Assembly: GCA_965153285.1 (NCBI GenBank) | Contig: OZ229110.1 | Length of the DNA: 64,000 nucleotides | Source: Podarcis tiliguerta | Taxonomy: Eukaryota | Strand: one strand, 5' to 3' | Shown here: positions 49,380-61,101 of the stretch, in pieces | Layout of the letters: each line of letters opens with the position of its first letter | Numbering within the stretch: position 1 is the first letter of the stretch | Made by a program: the position numbers and the translations under genes | Notes under the pieces: model-generated | The model's database searches: none | Told to the model about the DNA's origin: nothing | Seen by the model: only the letters and a program-made list of their open reading frames with translations

Positions 49380-50142
49380 AAGGAGGTGGTCTTTCAGATA
49401 TCTGGGGCCCAAGTCATTAGGGTTTTAAACACCTTGAATCAGGCCCAGAAATGAACTTGCATGTAATGCAGCTGTTTTAAAACATGAGTTTTAAAGGGAT
49501 CATTAGCCCGTAATCTGCTGCATTTGGGGCCAGTTGACGTTTCTACATCATCTTTGAGAACATTCCCACATAAAACCTGGAGTACTGTGTCCAGTTCTGG
49601 GCACCACAGTTCAAGAAGGACACTGACAAACTGGAACGTGTCCAGAGGAGGGCAACCAAAATGGTCAAAGGCCTGGAAACGATGCCTTATGAGGAACGGC
49701 TAAGGGAGCTGGGCATGTTTAGCCTGGAGAAGAGGAGGTTAAGGGGTGATATGATAGCCATGCTCAAATAAATAAAAGGATGTCACATAGAGGAGGGAGA
49801 AAGGTTGTTTTCTGCTGCTCCAGAGAAGCGGACACGGAGCAATGGATCCAAACTACAAGAAAGAAGATTCCACCTAAACATTAGGAAGAACTTCCTGACA
49901 GTAAGAGCTGTTCGACAGTGGAATTTGCTGCCAAGGAGTGTGGTGGAGTCTCCTTCTTTGGAGGTCTTTAAACAGAGGCTTGACAACCATATGTCAGGAG
50001 TGCTCTGATGGTGTTTCCTGCTTGGCAGGGGGTTGGACTCGATGACCCTTGTGGTCTCTTCCAACTCTATGATTCTATGATTCTATGATTCTATGAAAAC
50101 ATTTTACATTAAACCAGTCTGAAAGTTACCAGAGCATGGATC
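49380..50142 (-). mobile_element. Old L2 remnant split by the CR1
   Basis: caccttgaatcaggcccagaaatgaact...cccacata resumes as ...agtctgaaagttaccagagcatggat after the CR1. Confidence 0.55.
49577..50095 (+). mobile_element. Young 5'-truncated CR1 LINE
   Basis: [15 protein letters not shown]...[11 protein letters not shown]-type motif (here [11 protein letters not shown])...FLTVRAVRQWNLLP with a single nonsense codon; (ATTCTATG)n tail; possible TSD aaaac. Confidence 0.95.
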
Positions 50143-50415
50143 AAACTCCAGCTCACAGTACATTGCACTAGTGGTACCAGCATAATTTTCTTTTCATTTT
50201 TAAGGGAGAATGACAGAGAGGAAAAGAGAATGCACAACATATCTATGTAGCAAAATATTAAAAGCAGTTACCATCCTTTAGGCTGTGGTATAATGTAGGC
50301 CGTGTACCTATAAAGGTTTTAAATATAGATGTAGCTTTCATAATTTTTCATGTAATCATTATACTAAGTTAATTATTGACCATGGGAGTAGCATATTATA
50401 CATTTTAGAAGTAAG

Positions 50416-50448
<33 letters not shown>
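50416..50448. repeat. (TCAA)n microsatellite
   Basis: Direct reading. Confidence 0.95.
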
Positions 50449-50449
<1 letters not shown>

Positions 50450-51012
50450 TTACCTGTTTGGCTAATAGCTATATCTCTTCTTCAACCAGGATTAATAACT
50501 ATAATTATAGATATGTTTAATTTAGGCCAGCTATCAGTGGAGAGTGGGAATTCTACTATAACTATTATTAACAACCTGGTATGAAATTTTTAATAAATTC
50601 CATTATTTATGTTTAGAATAGTTTTTAAACCACTTGATCAAAGAGATATCTTAGTAGTGTACAAATAAAATTGTACATAAACACATACACACACAACCAT
50701 AAATCAACATTATTTGGATACTCGCTTGTTGAGGAGAAAGATGAGCAAATGATATTAAAATATATTTATTAAACGATAGATTAAGTGATATATTCTACTA
50801 AAGCAACCTTGGTGAATAGATTGTGAGCTGTACCACACTGCTCCTGTGGTCTGAATTGAGAAGCATAATGTATTGAGAATTGTATTTCATGTTGTCTTGC
50901 AAAGGTTCTTGAGTCTTGCAATATCCTGGAATATTAGATGCATTGACTGGGGTGTTCTTATTTTTTGCAGAAATGAAAAAGATCACACAAACACACACAT
51001 TTTTCTGAAGTA

Positions 51013-51252
51013 CAGTGGTACCTCGGTTTTTGAATGCCTTGGAAGTCTAACATTCCGGTTTTTGAACGTTGAAAACCTGGAAGTAAATGCTTCGTTTTCT
51101 AACGCGCCTCAGAGGTCAAACGGCTTCCACTGAGTGTTTCCCAATTTTCTCAATTAAATTTGTATACCGCCCTTTGCGCCTTAGTTTTCAAACGTTTTGG
51201 AATACAAACGGTATTCCAGAATGGATTAGATTCAAAAACTGAGGTAGTGCTG
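51013..51252. mobile_element. Tigger-like MITE, diverged subfamily
   Basis: TA + CAGTGGTACCTCGGTTTTTGAA ... TTCAAAAACTGAGGTAGTGCTG. Confidence 0.8.
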
Positions 51253-51773
51253 TGCTTCCTTCATAAGCAGGGCTGCTGTATAACAATATGTACCAGTGTG
51301 TGCTATGCTGGATAGTTTCCAAAGAACTGAATAGGCTGGGGAGTTGATAAATAGCACCTTTTACCCCTTTTTAATCCAGCTCCATGTGGTGATTGAAATG
51401 TTGTAATATTTAATTTGATGGTCTATTCTAGTGCCATTTAGAAATAATTACTATACTCAGTGTTATTTTTTATGTCAAACAGAAAAGATATCTCTCCCTC
51501 TCTCGCTCTGTTTTTTCCTAACAAGAAAAAAGTATAATCACACAGGATTGCCATTTAGTTGTGTGAGTAATGGACAGAGCCATGCTACAAAACTATCAAT
51601 TTAACTATGGCACATATTAACTGTCTCTGCCTAAGCCACTTGAGAAACCTCTTTTGGCCCCAAAACTTTCTGGGCATCCTACTTTCCAGTGTTGTCTTTC
51701 ACATCTCAAACACTTGGAAAGCTCATAAGACTTACTTTGCACACATATATTTACTTGAACTGGTATGTGTGGT

Positions 51774-52104
51774 CAGGGGTGGAGGAAGGGGGTGCAGTGA
51801 GTGCAGGCTGACCCGGGTGTCACCACTGAGGGGGGGTGACAAAATGTCGGGCGGCACTCACCGTGGGGCCTGCAGCACACCTGAGCCACATGCCTCTCCT
51901 GGGAGAGACGTGGTGGCTTGGGTGCGCACAAACTCTGTGCTGCCCAAATGGTCTGCCCGCTGCCCCCCCCCCCCCATGTAGGCTGGCTGAGTGGGAGGAG
52001 GCAGGCAGACTCCAGAGGCCCTGCAGTGTGCCCCGCCCCTATGGGCATCTCGCCCTGCCCCTGGGCGCACTGCACCAGGCACCCAGCAGCTTCCTCCACC
52101 ACTG
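51774..52104. mobile_element. GC-rich hAT MITE inserted in the head of a SINE
   Basis: TIRs CAGGGGTGGAGGAAG / CTTCCTCCACCACTG; perfect TSD tgtgtggt (51766-51773, 52105-52112). Confidence 0.9.
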
Positions 52105-52305
52105 TGTGTGGTGTAGTGGTTAGAGTGTTGGACTCGGACCTGGGAGAACAAGGTTCAAATCCCCACTTGGCCATGACACTCACTGGGTGACGTCAGACCA
52201 GTCACAGCCTTTCAGCCTAACCTACCTCACAAGGTTATTGTGGGGATTAAACAAGGAGAAGGAGAACCATGTATGCCATCTTGAGCGCCTCGAAGAAAAG
52301 GTGGG

Positions 52306-52347
<42 letters not shown>
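52105..52347 (+). mobile_element. tRNA-derived SINE (Squam3-like) with (AAT)n tail; extreme 5' end lies left of the MITE at 51774
   Basis: A-box TGGTGTAGTGG, B-box GGTTCAAATCC, body cctacctcacaaggttattgtgggga, tail 52307-52347. Confidence 0.85.
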
Positions 52348-52931
52348 GGATATATGCTTTTTAATTGGTTGTGCACTTGGAGTATTCATATAACACCAGA
52401 GCCAGAATACATGCAAGTTTTCAGACTAGCTATTGCAACCAAGGACTTTCAGTTACAGGACACTCTGTTCAGTTGTTCAGAAATGTGTTCACTGTGAGGA
52501 CACGATGCTTTGGTAACAAGCTCCACCTCCATGCTATGTCCATTTGTGAATGCCTGAAAAGACTGCATGTATTGGGGCTCTTATTCAGCCAATTCTGTTA
52601 ATATTGTTATGAGTTTTTCAGGGAGGGCAGATCCTCCTAAATTCTTAGATTTAGCTAATATTTGGATCTGGTGCAAATCCTTGCACAAATGGAATGACTT
52701 TGTTGGCTACAACTCATTGTCATTTGCCATAATGCCATGCCCCTATGCATGTTCATTGGACAACTGAATGGGGCTCTCACTTCCAAGGTTGGGCTACAGC
52801 CATCCAGGATTCTCTGAAGGAGCACTGCTCATGTGAGTAGCCTACTTATGTGAGAATTCAGTTCCTAAGAGCAGTTAGCTTAGCAAATGTATGAGCTGTT
52901 TATAAGTTCTCCTTACTGACATGTGGTAAAA

Positions 52932-53222
52932 CAGGCATAGGCAAACTCGGCCCTTCAGATGTTTTGGGACTACAACCCCCATCATCCCTAGTTAACAGGA
53001 CCAGTCAGTGGTGTAGCGTGGGGGGTGCAGGGGGGGCCGGCCGCACCAGGTGCAACATCTGGGGGTTAGGGTTAGGGGGTGCAAATCCACGGGTTAGGGG
53101 GCGCAAATTACTTGCCTTGCCCCGGGTGCTGACAACCCACGCTACCCCACTGGGACCAGTGGTCAGGGATGATGGGAATTGTAGTCTCAAAACATCTGGA
53201 GGGCCGAGTTTGCCTATGCCTG
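52932..53222. mobile_element. Palindromic hAT MITE (same family as 27395) carrying a nested insertion
   Basis: Perfect TIRs CAGGCATAGGCAAACTCGGCCC; perfect TSD tggtaaaa (52924-52931, 53223-53230). Confidence 0.93.
53006..53152. mobile_element. GC-rich hAT MITE nested in the palindromic MITE
   Basis: TIRs CAGTGGTGTAGCGTGG / CCACGCTACCCCACTG; perfect TSD ggaccagt (52998-53005, 53153-53160). Confidence 0.93.
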
Positions 53223-53245
53223 TGGTAAAATAACAGGGTCACAGG

Positions 53246-53435
53246 AACATAGGGAGCTGCTTTATACCAACTTTGACAATTGGTCCATCTAGTTCACTAT
53301 TGAACTAAATACCGATTTGCAGCATTCTAGGCTTTCTGACAGGGGACATTCCTAGTTTAACCTAGAGAGGCCAAAGATTGAGTCTGGGACCTCCTGTGTG
53401 CAAAACATGCTCTACAACTGATTTGCAGCCTTTCA
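53246..53435 (-). mobile_element. Degenerate tRNA-derived SINE (Squam2-like)
   Basis: Minus strand gtagagcatgttttgcacacaggaggtcccagactcaatc ... ctagatggaccaattgtc ... gcagctccctatgtt. Confidence 0.65.
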
Positions 53436-53785
53436 GGCCAACCCCACTTCAACTTCTGTCTCTTGAATCAGTTCTAAGCAAGCAAATTGCAATTATGCAA
53501 ATTTGAAAACCCTCACCTGCTAGTGATTTGCCAGTTTTCCTTAAAATATAAATCCAAGCACAGCTTAGTTGTGATCTGGATGTATTCTGTAGCATTTTCA
53601 AGACCCAAAGAAATTCAATCAAAAGTGTGGGGGTGGGGTTCCAAACTAACTTAATTAAATGCAATTGGTGTATGTTTCATTGAATCAACTAAGCAGTGTT
53701 TTTATTTTAATTTATTACTCATCTTTCACCCTAAGGTACTTGGGTGGGTTACAGCAATTAATTTGTATTTATTTTTCCATCACAG

Positions 53786-53842
53786 TGAAAGCGGCAACAA
53801 CCTGGCATTTCTAAGAGAATAAAGAATAAAGGATATTCAGCC
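53786..53842 (+). other. NCKAP5: 5'UTR portion of the NCKAP5 first coding exon
   Basis: Pyrimidine-rich acceptor tttatttttccatcacAG ends at 53785; 57 nt precede the ATG. Confidence 0.8.
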
Positions 53843-53911
53843 ATGGACAAAAAGCAGCATCTAGTGAAAAAGGAATTTAGCAAAAGATTTTCTTTGGACA
53901 GCACTCTCATG
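53843..53911 (+). CDS. NCKAP5: NCKAP5 (NCK-associated protein 5), first coding exon, 23 codons; remainder of gene lies beyond the window
   Basis: Translates MDKKQHLVKKEFSKRFSLDSTLM, ungapped match to recalled human NCKAP5 N-terminus MEGKRQLEKRDFGKRLSLDSSLV (K-x-x-F-x-KR-x-SLDS-x-L). Strong Kozak gccATGg, phase-0 donor ATG|GTGAGT at 53912, in-frame upstream TGA at 53786. Not in the ORF track because it is too short. Confidence 0.9.
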
Positions 53912-56089
53912 GTGAGTACAAAAGCATATCTATAGTTTTGGATATCTTTTTGGCATTGGGCGCTTGGGCCTTTCATTGCTGTGACCCTTTGCAACAGACA
54001 TCCTTGAAGACTTGTTGAAGACCTTGTATTGTCAAAATTTCAAGAGAGTTTTTTTCTAAATAGCCAAATGTGAGTAAATGCTAAAAGACTATTATAGCTC
54101 AGCCAAAATGCAACTGTTGATAGGAACATGACACCTTGTTCGTCTAGATCAGAATCTCAGAAGAAAATGATGCCTTGTCCAGGGGAGTTTAGTGGATCTG
54201 GGATGCCCTGGTATAGGGGTGTCATTGATAAAGTTGTGTCAAGCTGAAAACCCAAAGTGGTTTAATCAAAGAACATTGCTTCAAGAAAACGTATGTAGTT
54301 AAATAATGTTCAAATAACAAAGATATATATTTCTGTGTTGGTGTTCTATAGCCATTTGTACAGTGCTTTTAAAGTATACATCAAAAACTTATGTCAGTAT
54401 GATGAGTGTGCATGATCATACAGGCATCACTGGAAACCAGGATCAGCTGCTGAGAGCACACTTGATGGCAAACCTTGGTTTGAAATGGCCCTGTTAATGT
54501 CAGTGTTCATTTTGGCTGCCGTGAACAAAGATTGAACCTAAAACATTGCTGTCTCTCGATAAGCGACTTAGATGTGTTTTCTTGGTTAGTCTTTTTCTCC
54601 CCTAATAAAGGACTTGGGGTCACTCCACACGTTACATTTTCAAAGTTTACTCGTAAGAAGTGACAAATGCAATTCATGGACCTGTGCCTGGATGCCATTC
54701 TACTGAACATACACTTGGTAGACATTCTTTTACATAGAGCAAATGCATGGTACCTAATGTCCTCTGGTACCAGAAGTTAGTGATTTGTTGAGCACTGTAA
54801 CTCCATTGTTACTTATGTGAAACATTCTTTTTTTAGGCATGCTTCAGACAACAAGCATGTACATGCCCCCATAATACTGTTCTACAAAGACATCATATGG
54901 CCATATTATCATATTACTCAACTCTGCCAAACACTGAACAGAGAGAGCTTCCTCTTCTGTAGTTGTCAACACATCCACATTTTAGGGAGTTTCTGTCAAC
55001 TTTGCAACAGTATTTAGATGGGGGAGAAGTACATCAGGACCCACCCAGTTCTTTGAAACAGTTTAAATTTATGGATTTAAATTTAACACTGCTGGTGAAA
55101 GAAATGCAGAATTCTTTTTCAACCATGTCATGGCAGGATTCTTTGGAAAGCAGAAAGCAGAGGTGGAGTTGAATATCAAATCATGATAACTCCTGAGAAT
55201 TACAGCATGCTCTAAAACTCTCCTTGCTCATCTGTCTAATGGCTAATGTTCGTGCCGTAACATTGAATGTGTTTAGTCAGCAGAGTAAGCTCTGCTAAAG
55301 CTAATGGGATACATTTGCAAATAAATATGGAGAGGAGAAGCAATAAAAGGAAGCCAAAAAAAAGGGGGGCGGCACGGAAATACCAAGTAGCCACATTCAG
55401 GCCAAAGTCATGTCCGTGAGTCTGCTTCCTTGCCTCCACTTCCAGCATAATGAATTTATGAGCTTCTAAGCAGTGAGAGAAGAGCAGCATTATTTTCAAA
55501 GAAATTAAGTTCCCAGGGTCAGCATTTCAGGAGGTCGCTGACATATTTAGTGACTACCCTTCAAATGTGAGAAAGCTGGTATGAGATTTCTAAGGATGAT
55601 GAAATCAGCTGACCCAGGAAAGAATGGAAAGTAGAGATGAAAATCAAAGTATTTCTGGGTCAGTAATAGAGCAGTTGCAGAGATGAAAGAGAGCCTTCTG
55701 CCTTGTAAAATAAATCAAGGTACATCCCTTTAACCCGAACAAGGTAATTCATCAGCAGCGGCAGCACAGCAAGTTGTGGGAGTCTCACAGTAGTGTAGCT
55801 TTCAGGAAACTTTTAGGGTTGCTTACTACCATAATATGCTAATAATATAAAGCAGAGCTTCTGTGGCTTTAGATCTGGGTTTGAAAAGCAAAGCGACAGG
55901 TGATGCTTTCTCCTCGGTTCATATCCAAATGGGAGGGAAATAATCTGAAACTTATGCTTGTTATGCACTTAAAAAAATTCAGAGAAGTCTGGACAAGAAA
56001 AGGGAGTAACTCCACAACCACAACCTAGCATACTAGTCGCATTGAGTATGTGAGGACTAATTGTCCAGTCAGCTTTCTGCCCCACCTTA

Positions 56090-56700
56090 GCTGTAATTAT
56101 CCCTTGGCTGGGAGAAAGGAGCCTAGTTACAACCAGTCTAGATTATTGCAATAAGGTCCACAAGGGACTGCATTAAAAGATGTTTTGGATTCTTCAGTTG
56201 GTACAGAATGCGGTGAATTCTGGACTCTTGTGGGGGCAATCAAAGAATAGAACACCAATATGATACTGGCTGCACTGGAGGCTAGATTGTTTTCAGGACT
56301 AGTTTAAAGTGTTGGTGGTGACTTTTAAAGCTCTAAACAGTGCGTAGCCAAGTTGTTTGAAGGGCTATTTGTACTTGTATAAACCTGTCTGGGTCTAAAA
56401 ATAGGTTCAGGGAGTTGTGTGCCCGCCATCAATATATATTAGGTTGGCAGGCACTAGAATTAACCTGTGGCCTTCCAGATGCTGTTGGTCTACAACTCCC
56501 AGCATTCCTGACCATTGGCTATTATGGCTGGGGTTGATGGGAATTGGAGTCCAACTTCTGGAGGGACACAGGTTTACAACTCTTGTCCTATATATAGGAC
56601 GGTGTCTTTTTGGTGTTGGCCCCATGTTTAATGGAAACTTATAACTTCATTCTCTAGGTATGTATTCATGGACCATATTTTGCTGCTTTTTAAACAGGCA
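56090..56700 (+). mobile_element. Old L2 remnant interrupted by a MITE
   Basis: ctagattattgcaat, cttcagttggtacagaatgcgg, tttaaagtgttggtggtgacttttaaagctctaaac. Confidence 0.65.
56458..56585. mobile_element. Older hAT-Charlie-like MITE inside an L2 remnant (approximate ends)
   Basis: aacctgtggccttccagatg...ctacaactcccagc...ctggagggacacaggtt. Confidence 0.7.
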
Positions 56701-58169
56701 TGGAAGACATTCATATTTCAAACTGTTTATAATTTACACTTGGAATGTTTGGCTCATTTTCAACAGTTGGCTGTTCTAATGCTTTTATTTCAAGCTGCTT
56801 CTACAAATTTTTAAATAATTAAGTATATAAATAAACTGGTTCGATCATGCATACTTAAATCTGTGCATGATAGGTAACGTCTGTGTTCATGCCAGTGGAA
56901 TTTAGAATGTAGCAAAGAAAAGTATGCTGGGAAAAGGTCTATTCGCCCGCCCCCTTTACAGTACTTGTCAGCACTGCCATCCCTGGAAATGTATCCTATC
57001 TAAAGCTCTGAATAGCCACCCACTTCCAGTCCATATAGACCAGCAGTTGCTAATATGATGCCTATAGCCACCACTCATCTGTTTGCATAGGTTTTTATTG
57101 GTGATCACAAGGCCTCTCCCCCACTCCTCACCCCATTGAAATTGGACTTGAAACAAGCTTTCTGTTTTAGCGGATTGAATAAGCTGTGTGTGTGTGTATG
57201 GTGACCATGACAGCCTCACTGCTTGGCAAATGCACCCACTGGCTCAAAAAGGATGCTGACCCTAGTATATACAATACTGAGCTAGATGGACAATGGTCCA
57301 ACTTGGTGTGATGCTATGTTGATGCTATGTTCCTGTACACAATCACCATGTTTGCAACTAACATACTAGTACAGAGTTACCCTAAGTCAATAAATGTTAA
57401 GTTCTCTGTCCAGCTATTCTTTATGTCACCCCCTTCTATATTGAACAGACAGCTTTTGCCAATGCATTCAATATATGAGGCAGGCACTGTATTTAAAATA
57501 AGGACAACAAAACTGGTATTCAGAATGCAGAGAAGGCATTACATCATAACGTCTGGCTCCAAGTATTATTTTAGAAGGGGAGTCTAGACCCCAAATCAGA
57601 ATGCAGCTAGTTAAAAATAGTTTCATAACTTGTAAATACGTACATCCCTATTTTCTGTCTCCTGTCACAAGCACATCACAACTTTGTAGAGCTGTAAATC
57701 AGAATTCGGAAATGCACATTAATTAATTAGCTAGGATAATGCATAGTTCTTACAGCTCATACATAATCTACTGTATATTCATTTTTAAAGTTAAATGTGC
57801 AATGTGGGACATTTTATCAAAACTCAGTTTAAATGTTTTCATTTTCAAAGAAGTCATATAACATTTAATAACATGGATATAGTGTTGCTGTTGTTAACAT
57901 TTGTCTACAGCCCTTCATCCATAGATATCAGGGCAGTTCACAGCATAAAAATACAAGATAAAAACACAAAATACATAATAGAAACAAGAACGAAACAAAA
58001 ACCTGCTGACCCCCTTCCATAAATGATATTATGTTAGGGCTGTTCAAATGGTGATCATAGGTTTTTTTTAAAAAAAATTGAGTTGTGCATCAGAAAAATT
58101 GGGCTGCTGTTGTGGCTATTAAAACTACTGCCCGGAAGAATTGTAAGCTTTCTTCAAATACATTCTTTT

Positions 58170-58195
<26 letters not shown>
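58170..58195. repeat. (TA)n microsatellite
   Basis: Direct reading. Confidence 0.95.
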
Positions 58196-58200
<5 letters not shown>

Positions 58201-59442
58201 CTTCTGTAACCAAGTAGAAGAAAAAAGAAAAAAAAAACACTCACATTATAGACCAAATCATTATTACTGTGAGGAACTGTTGCTTTTTTCACACTCTCTG
58301 TACAGTGCTCCCTGTGAAAATAATAAAAGACCCACCAGAAACGGAGGCCTTTGCCTGACCTAAAACTGTTCAGTTTTCTCCAGGACACATTTTGATCAGA
58401 AAAAGTCAGTGCTTCAAGCTGTGCTCTTTATTTACGAGAGTAATTCCCAAGCTGGCTAGGGAATTGCCTTGGATTGACACTTGCAGCTGTGATGGCATTT
58501 AGCTGAGCAGCCTTCTTGAGAACGTTTCATCTTTACAAGTAGCTAGCCTCTATAAAGTAGAAGTTTTTAAAGGGTGGGTTTTTTTCGTTTTTTTTTTAAT
58601 GGGCAGCTTTCCACTTTCAAAAGAAGAGTGCAGTGAATTGTTTCTTAGGAGGCTGATTGCCTGTGCTCTCACCTTTTCAAAGCTTAGTTATATACCACTG
58701 TGATTTGCAATCGGATTAGTCTTAACAAGTGAGATACCTGTAATATTTGCTGCTCGCGGTTGGGAGGCATGGAATTGACTGGTGAACAGGAGCGCTGCCA
58801 GGTCTGAGGGGCTGTCCTAGTTCTTCCGCTCTCCCTTAGCTTACCAGGTGGTGGCAGGAGACAGAGGGTGTCCCATTTTAACACTTAAAGAGGTCTGGCT
58901 GGTGGGAGTACTGCACAGTGAGCCACCTGCCAGTGCCATTCTTCCCCCAGGAAGCATGAAGATGGTGGGTGCACCTGTAACCTTGGTCCTTCAGGGTGCT
59001 GTACATTCAGCAGCCCAATGCCTCTAGAAGTTAACAAATGGTGTGCTCATGCTGGGTGCTGCAGCAAGTTCCCATCATCTACAGGTAATGGAAGGGGGTC
59101 TAGGTTTCAGGGCGCAAGTCTGGCCCTAACATCACCACTACCAAGGAAAGTGCTTACTAACACCTGAACATTTATACATCTACCTGTTCTATGTTACCCT
59201 TTACTATTCAATCTACATCTATTTACCCCAGTATTATCTGAGGTGCCAAGCTCATCATCATATCATTACCTTAAGTCTGATCCCCATACTAACAGCCCTT
59301 TTGGGACAAGCTGTGTTTCCCCTGAACAATAGTCATTCCGAGATCTGCTGCATGCTGAAGAAGACTGCAGATAGCTATTTGCTAGCTTCCAGGGAGGTAG
59401 CTGAGTTTGTTTAGTGAAAACAACAGAGCTTTTGGGCACAAC

Positions 59443-59733
59443 TAAGGGCAAATCCACACTTACCTTTGCTCTGCATTTCTAGGCACAAGTCCATGCTTTA
59501 AACTTCCTGTCTAAGCACTTTTTTTTTTTGCCCCTGTGCTTTCCCCGCAAAAGCCCACTCCTTACTTCTGAATCGGCACAAACAGCAATCTGCAGAAAAC
59601 CTGAATTGCTGTTTGTTCTGATTCAGTGTTGAAGAGCAGCTTTCCTGGGGAAAGTGGTGGGGCAAAAATAAAAAGAGTGTTTGGACCTATGCCCAGAAAG
59701 CACAGGGCAACAGGTAAGTGTAGATGTCTGCTT
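59443..59733. mobile_element. Fold-back MITE, probably PIF/Harbinger-like
   Basis: Imperfect inverted arms atccacacttacct..ctgcatttctaggcacaagtcca / tggacctatgcccagaaagcacag..aggtaagtgtagat. Confidence 0.6.
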
Positions 59734-59739
59734 TAACAT

Positions 59740-59900
59740 TCTATGGCCTTTTAAATGTATTTGTGGGAGGACGAGTTGTTGGGTTGTTTTTTTTATTTTT
59801 TATTATGTATTCTGTGTTCTCATTTTGTAGTTTTATGTTGTGAACTGCCCTGTGATCTTCAGATGAGGGGCATTATACAAATTAAATAATAAATAAATAA
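59740..59900 (+). mobile_element. L2 3' UTR and tail fragment
   Basis: Reverse-complement similarity to 19970-20110; ends gtgaactgccctgtgatc...(aaat)n. Confidence 0.65.
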
Positions 59901-60521
59901 AGTAAAATAAAAACAGGGTCAAAATAGTGTTTTTTATGCCCTCCCCGCACAATCGTGTTTGTAGTTTTGCAAGCCAAGATAATAAGAATAATTAGGTCTT
60001 GTTTTCCAAACTGTAAGGTGACCCACCTGAAAGATGGCAAAGAATGTGCCCTTTAACCATATTCAAGGTAAAATGAATGTGTGATTTCCCCTCGACCTCA
60101 GAAGGGGAAGGTGCCATCCCTCAGCACTCTAACTTATTAAGACAACAGCCAGACCAAGCTGGTGTGATACATTACGTACTGTCAAGAAACAGGCACTGAA
60201 GCTGTGTATTTAAAACAGTATCTTAAAAGTTAAGTAGTTCTATGTAACCTTTACCCTGCGTTGCTTTGTCAATATTATCACCCTTATGAATCAGCCTTTA
60301 AGCCTTGGATTTGAAGCATTTATTTATCATACCATAAAATCTCAATAACTAAGAACGCCCTCAGAATAAAATTTGATTTACAATCTTGGCATGTTTGTGT
60401 GTCTGGATGTTTCTCCTCTGGCTGCTCAGTCAAATACTCCACCCTATACCCCCAAATTAGTGATAGGCTGTCAATTCTACCACCTCCCTGCCAAGTATTT
60501 GCCTCGTGACTACTAGTGCAC

Positions 60522-60816
60522 AGAAGAAGAAGAAGAAGAAGAAGAAGAAGAAGAAGAAGAAGAAGAAGAAGAAGAAGAATTTGAGTTTGATATCCCGCCT
60601 TTCACTCCCCTTCAGGAGTCTCAAAGCGGCTAACATTCTCCTTTCCCTTCCTCCCCCACAATAAACACCCTGTGAGGTGAGTGGGGCTGAGAGACTTCAA
60701 AGAAGTGTGACTGGCCCAAGGCCACCCAGCAGCTGCATGTGGAGGAGCGGAGACGCGAACCCGGTTCCTCAGATTATGAGACTACTGCTCTTAACCACTA
60801 CACCACACTGGCTCTC
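60522..60816 (-). mobile_element. Full-length tRNA-derived SINE (Squam3 type) with (TTC)n tail
   Basis: Minus-strand head GAGAGCCAGTGTGGTGTAGTGGTTAAGAGC, B-box-like GGGTTCGCGTCTCC; tail appears as (GAA)n at 60522-60579. Confidence 0.9.
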
Positions 60817-61065
60817 AGCATGTGTGTGGCAATAAAGGAGACATCAGCAAATCTGTGACTAAGTTGTCTATTTGAGTTAGATGAAATTTACATAAAATTG
60901 CTGGGTTTCCTTAAGATTAATTATTCTAATATTTTAAGTCTGGATTAAATGTGAACATTTGAGTTGGCTCTTGGGCAATTTTGCAAATCTATGGACATGT
61001 TCACACTGTGCCCGGTGCATGCAATGGATTTTGGGGATGAGTGCCACAGCACACATTCTCACCTG

Positions 61066-61068
<3 letters not shown>

Positions 61069-61099
<31 letters not shown>
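61069..61099. repeat. (CA)n microsatellite
   Basis: Direct reading. Confidence 0.95.

Positions 61100-61101
<2 letters not shown>

Noticed and set aside
52105-52175. tRNA gene
   Set aside because: A and B boxes continue into a SINE body and (AAT)n tail; no full cloverleaf.
52222-52416. Poly-tyrosine ORF
   Set aside because: Translation of the (AAT)n SINE tail.
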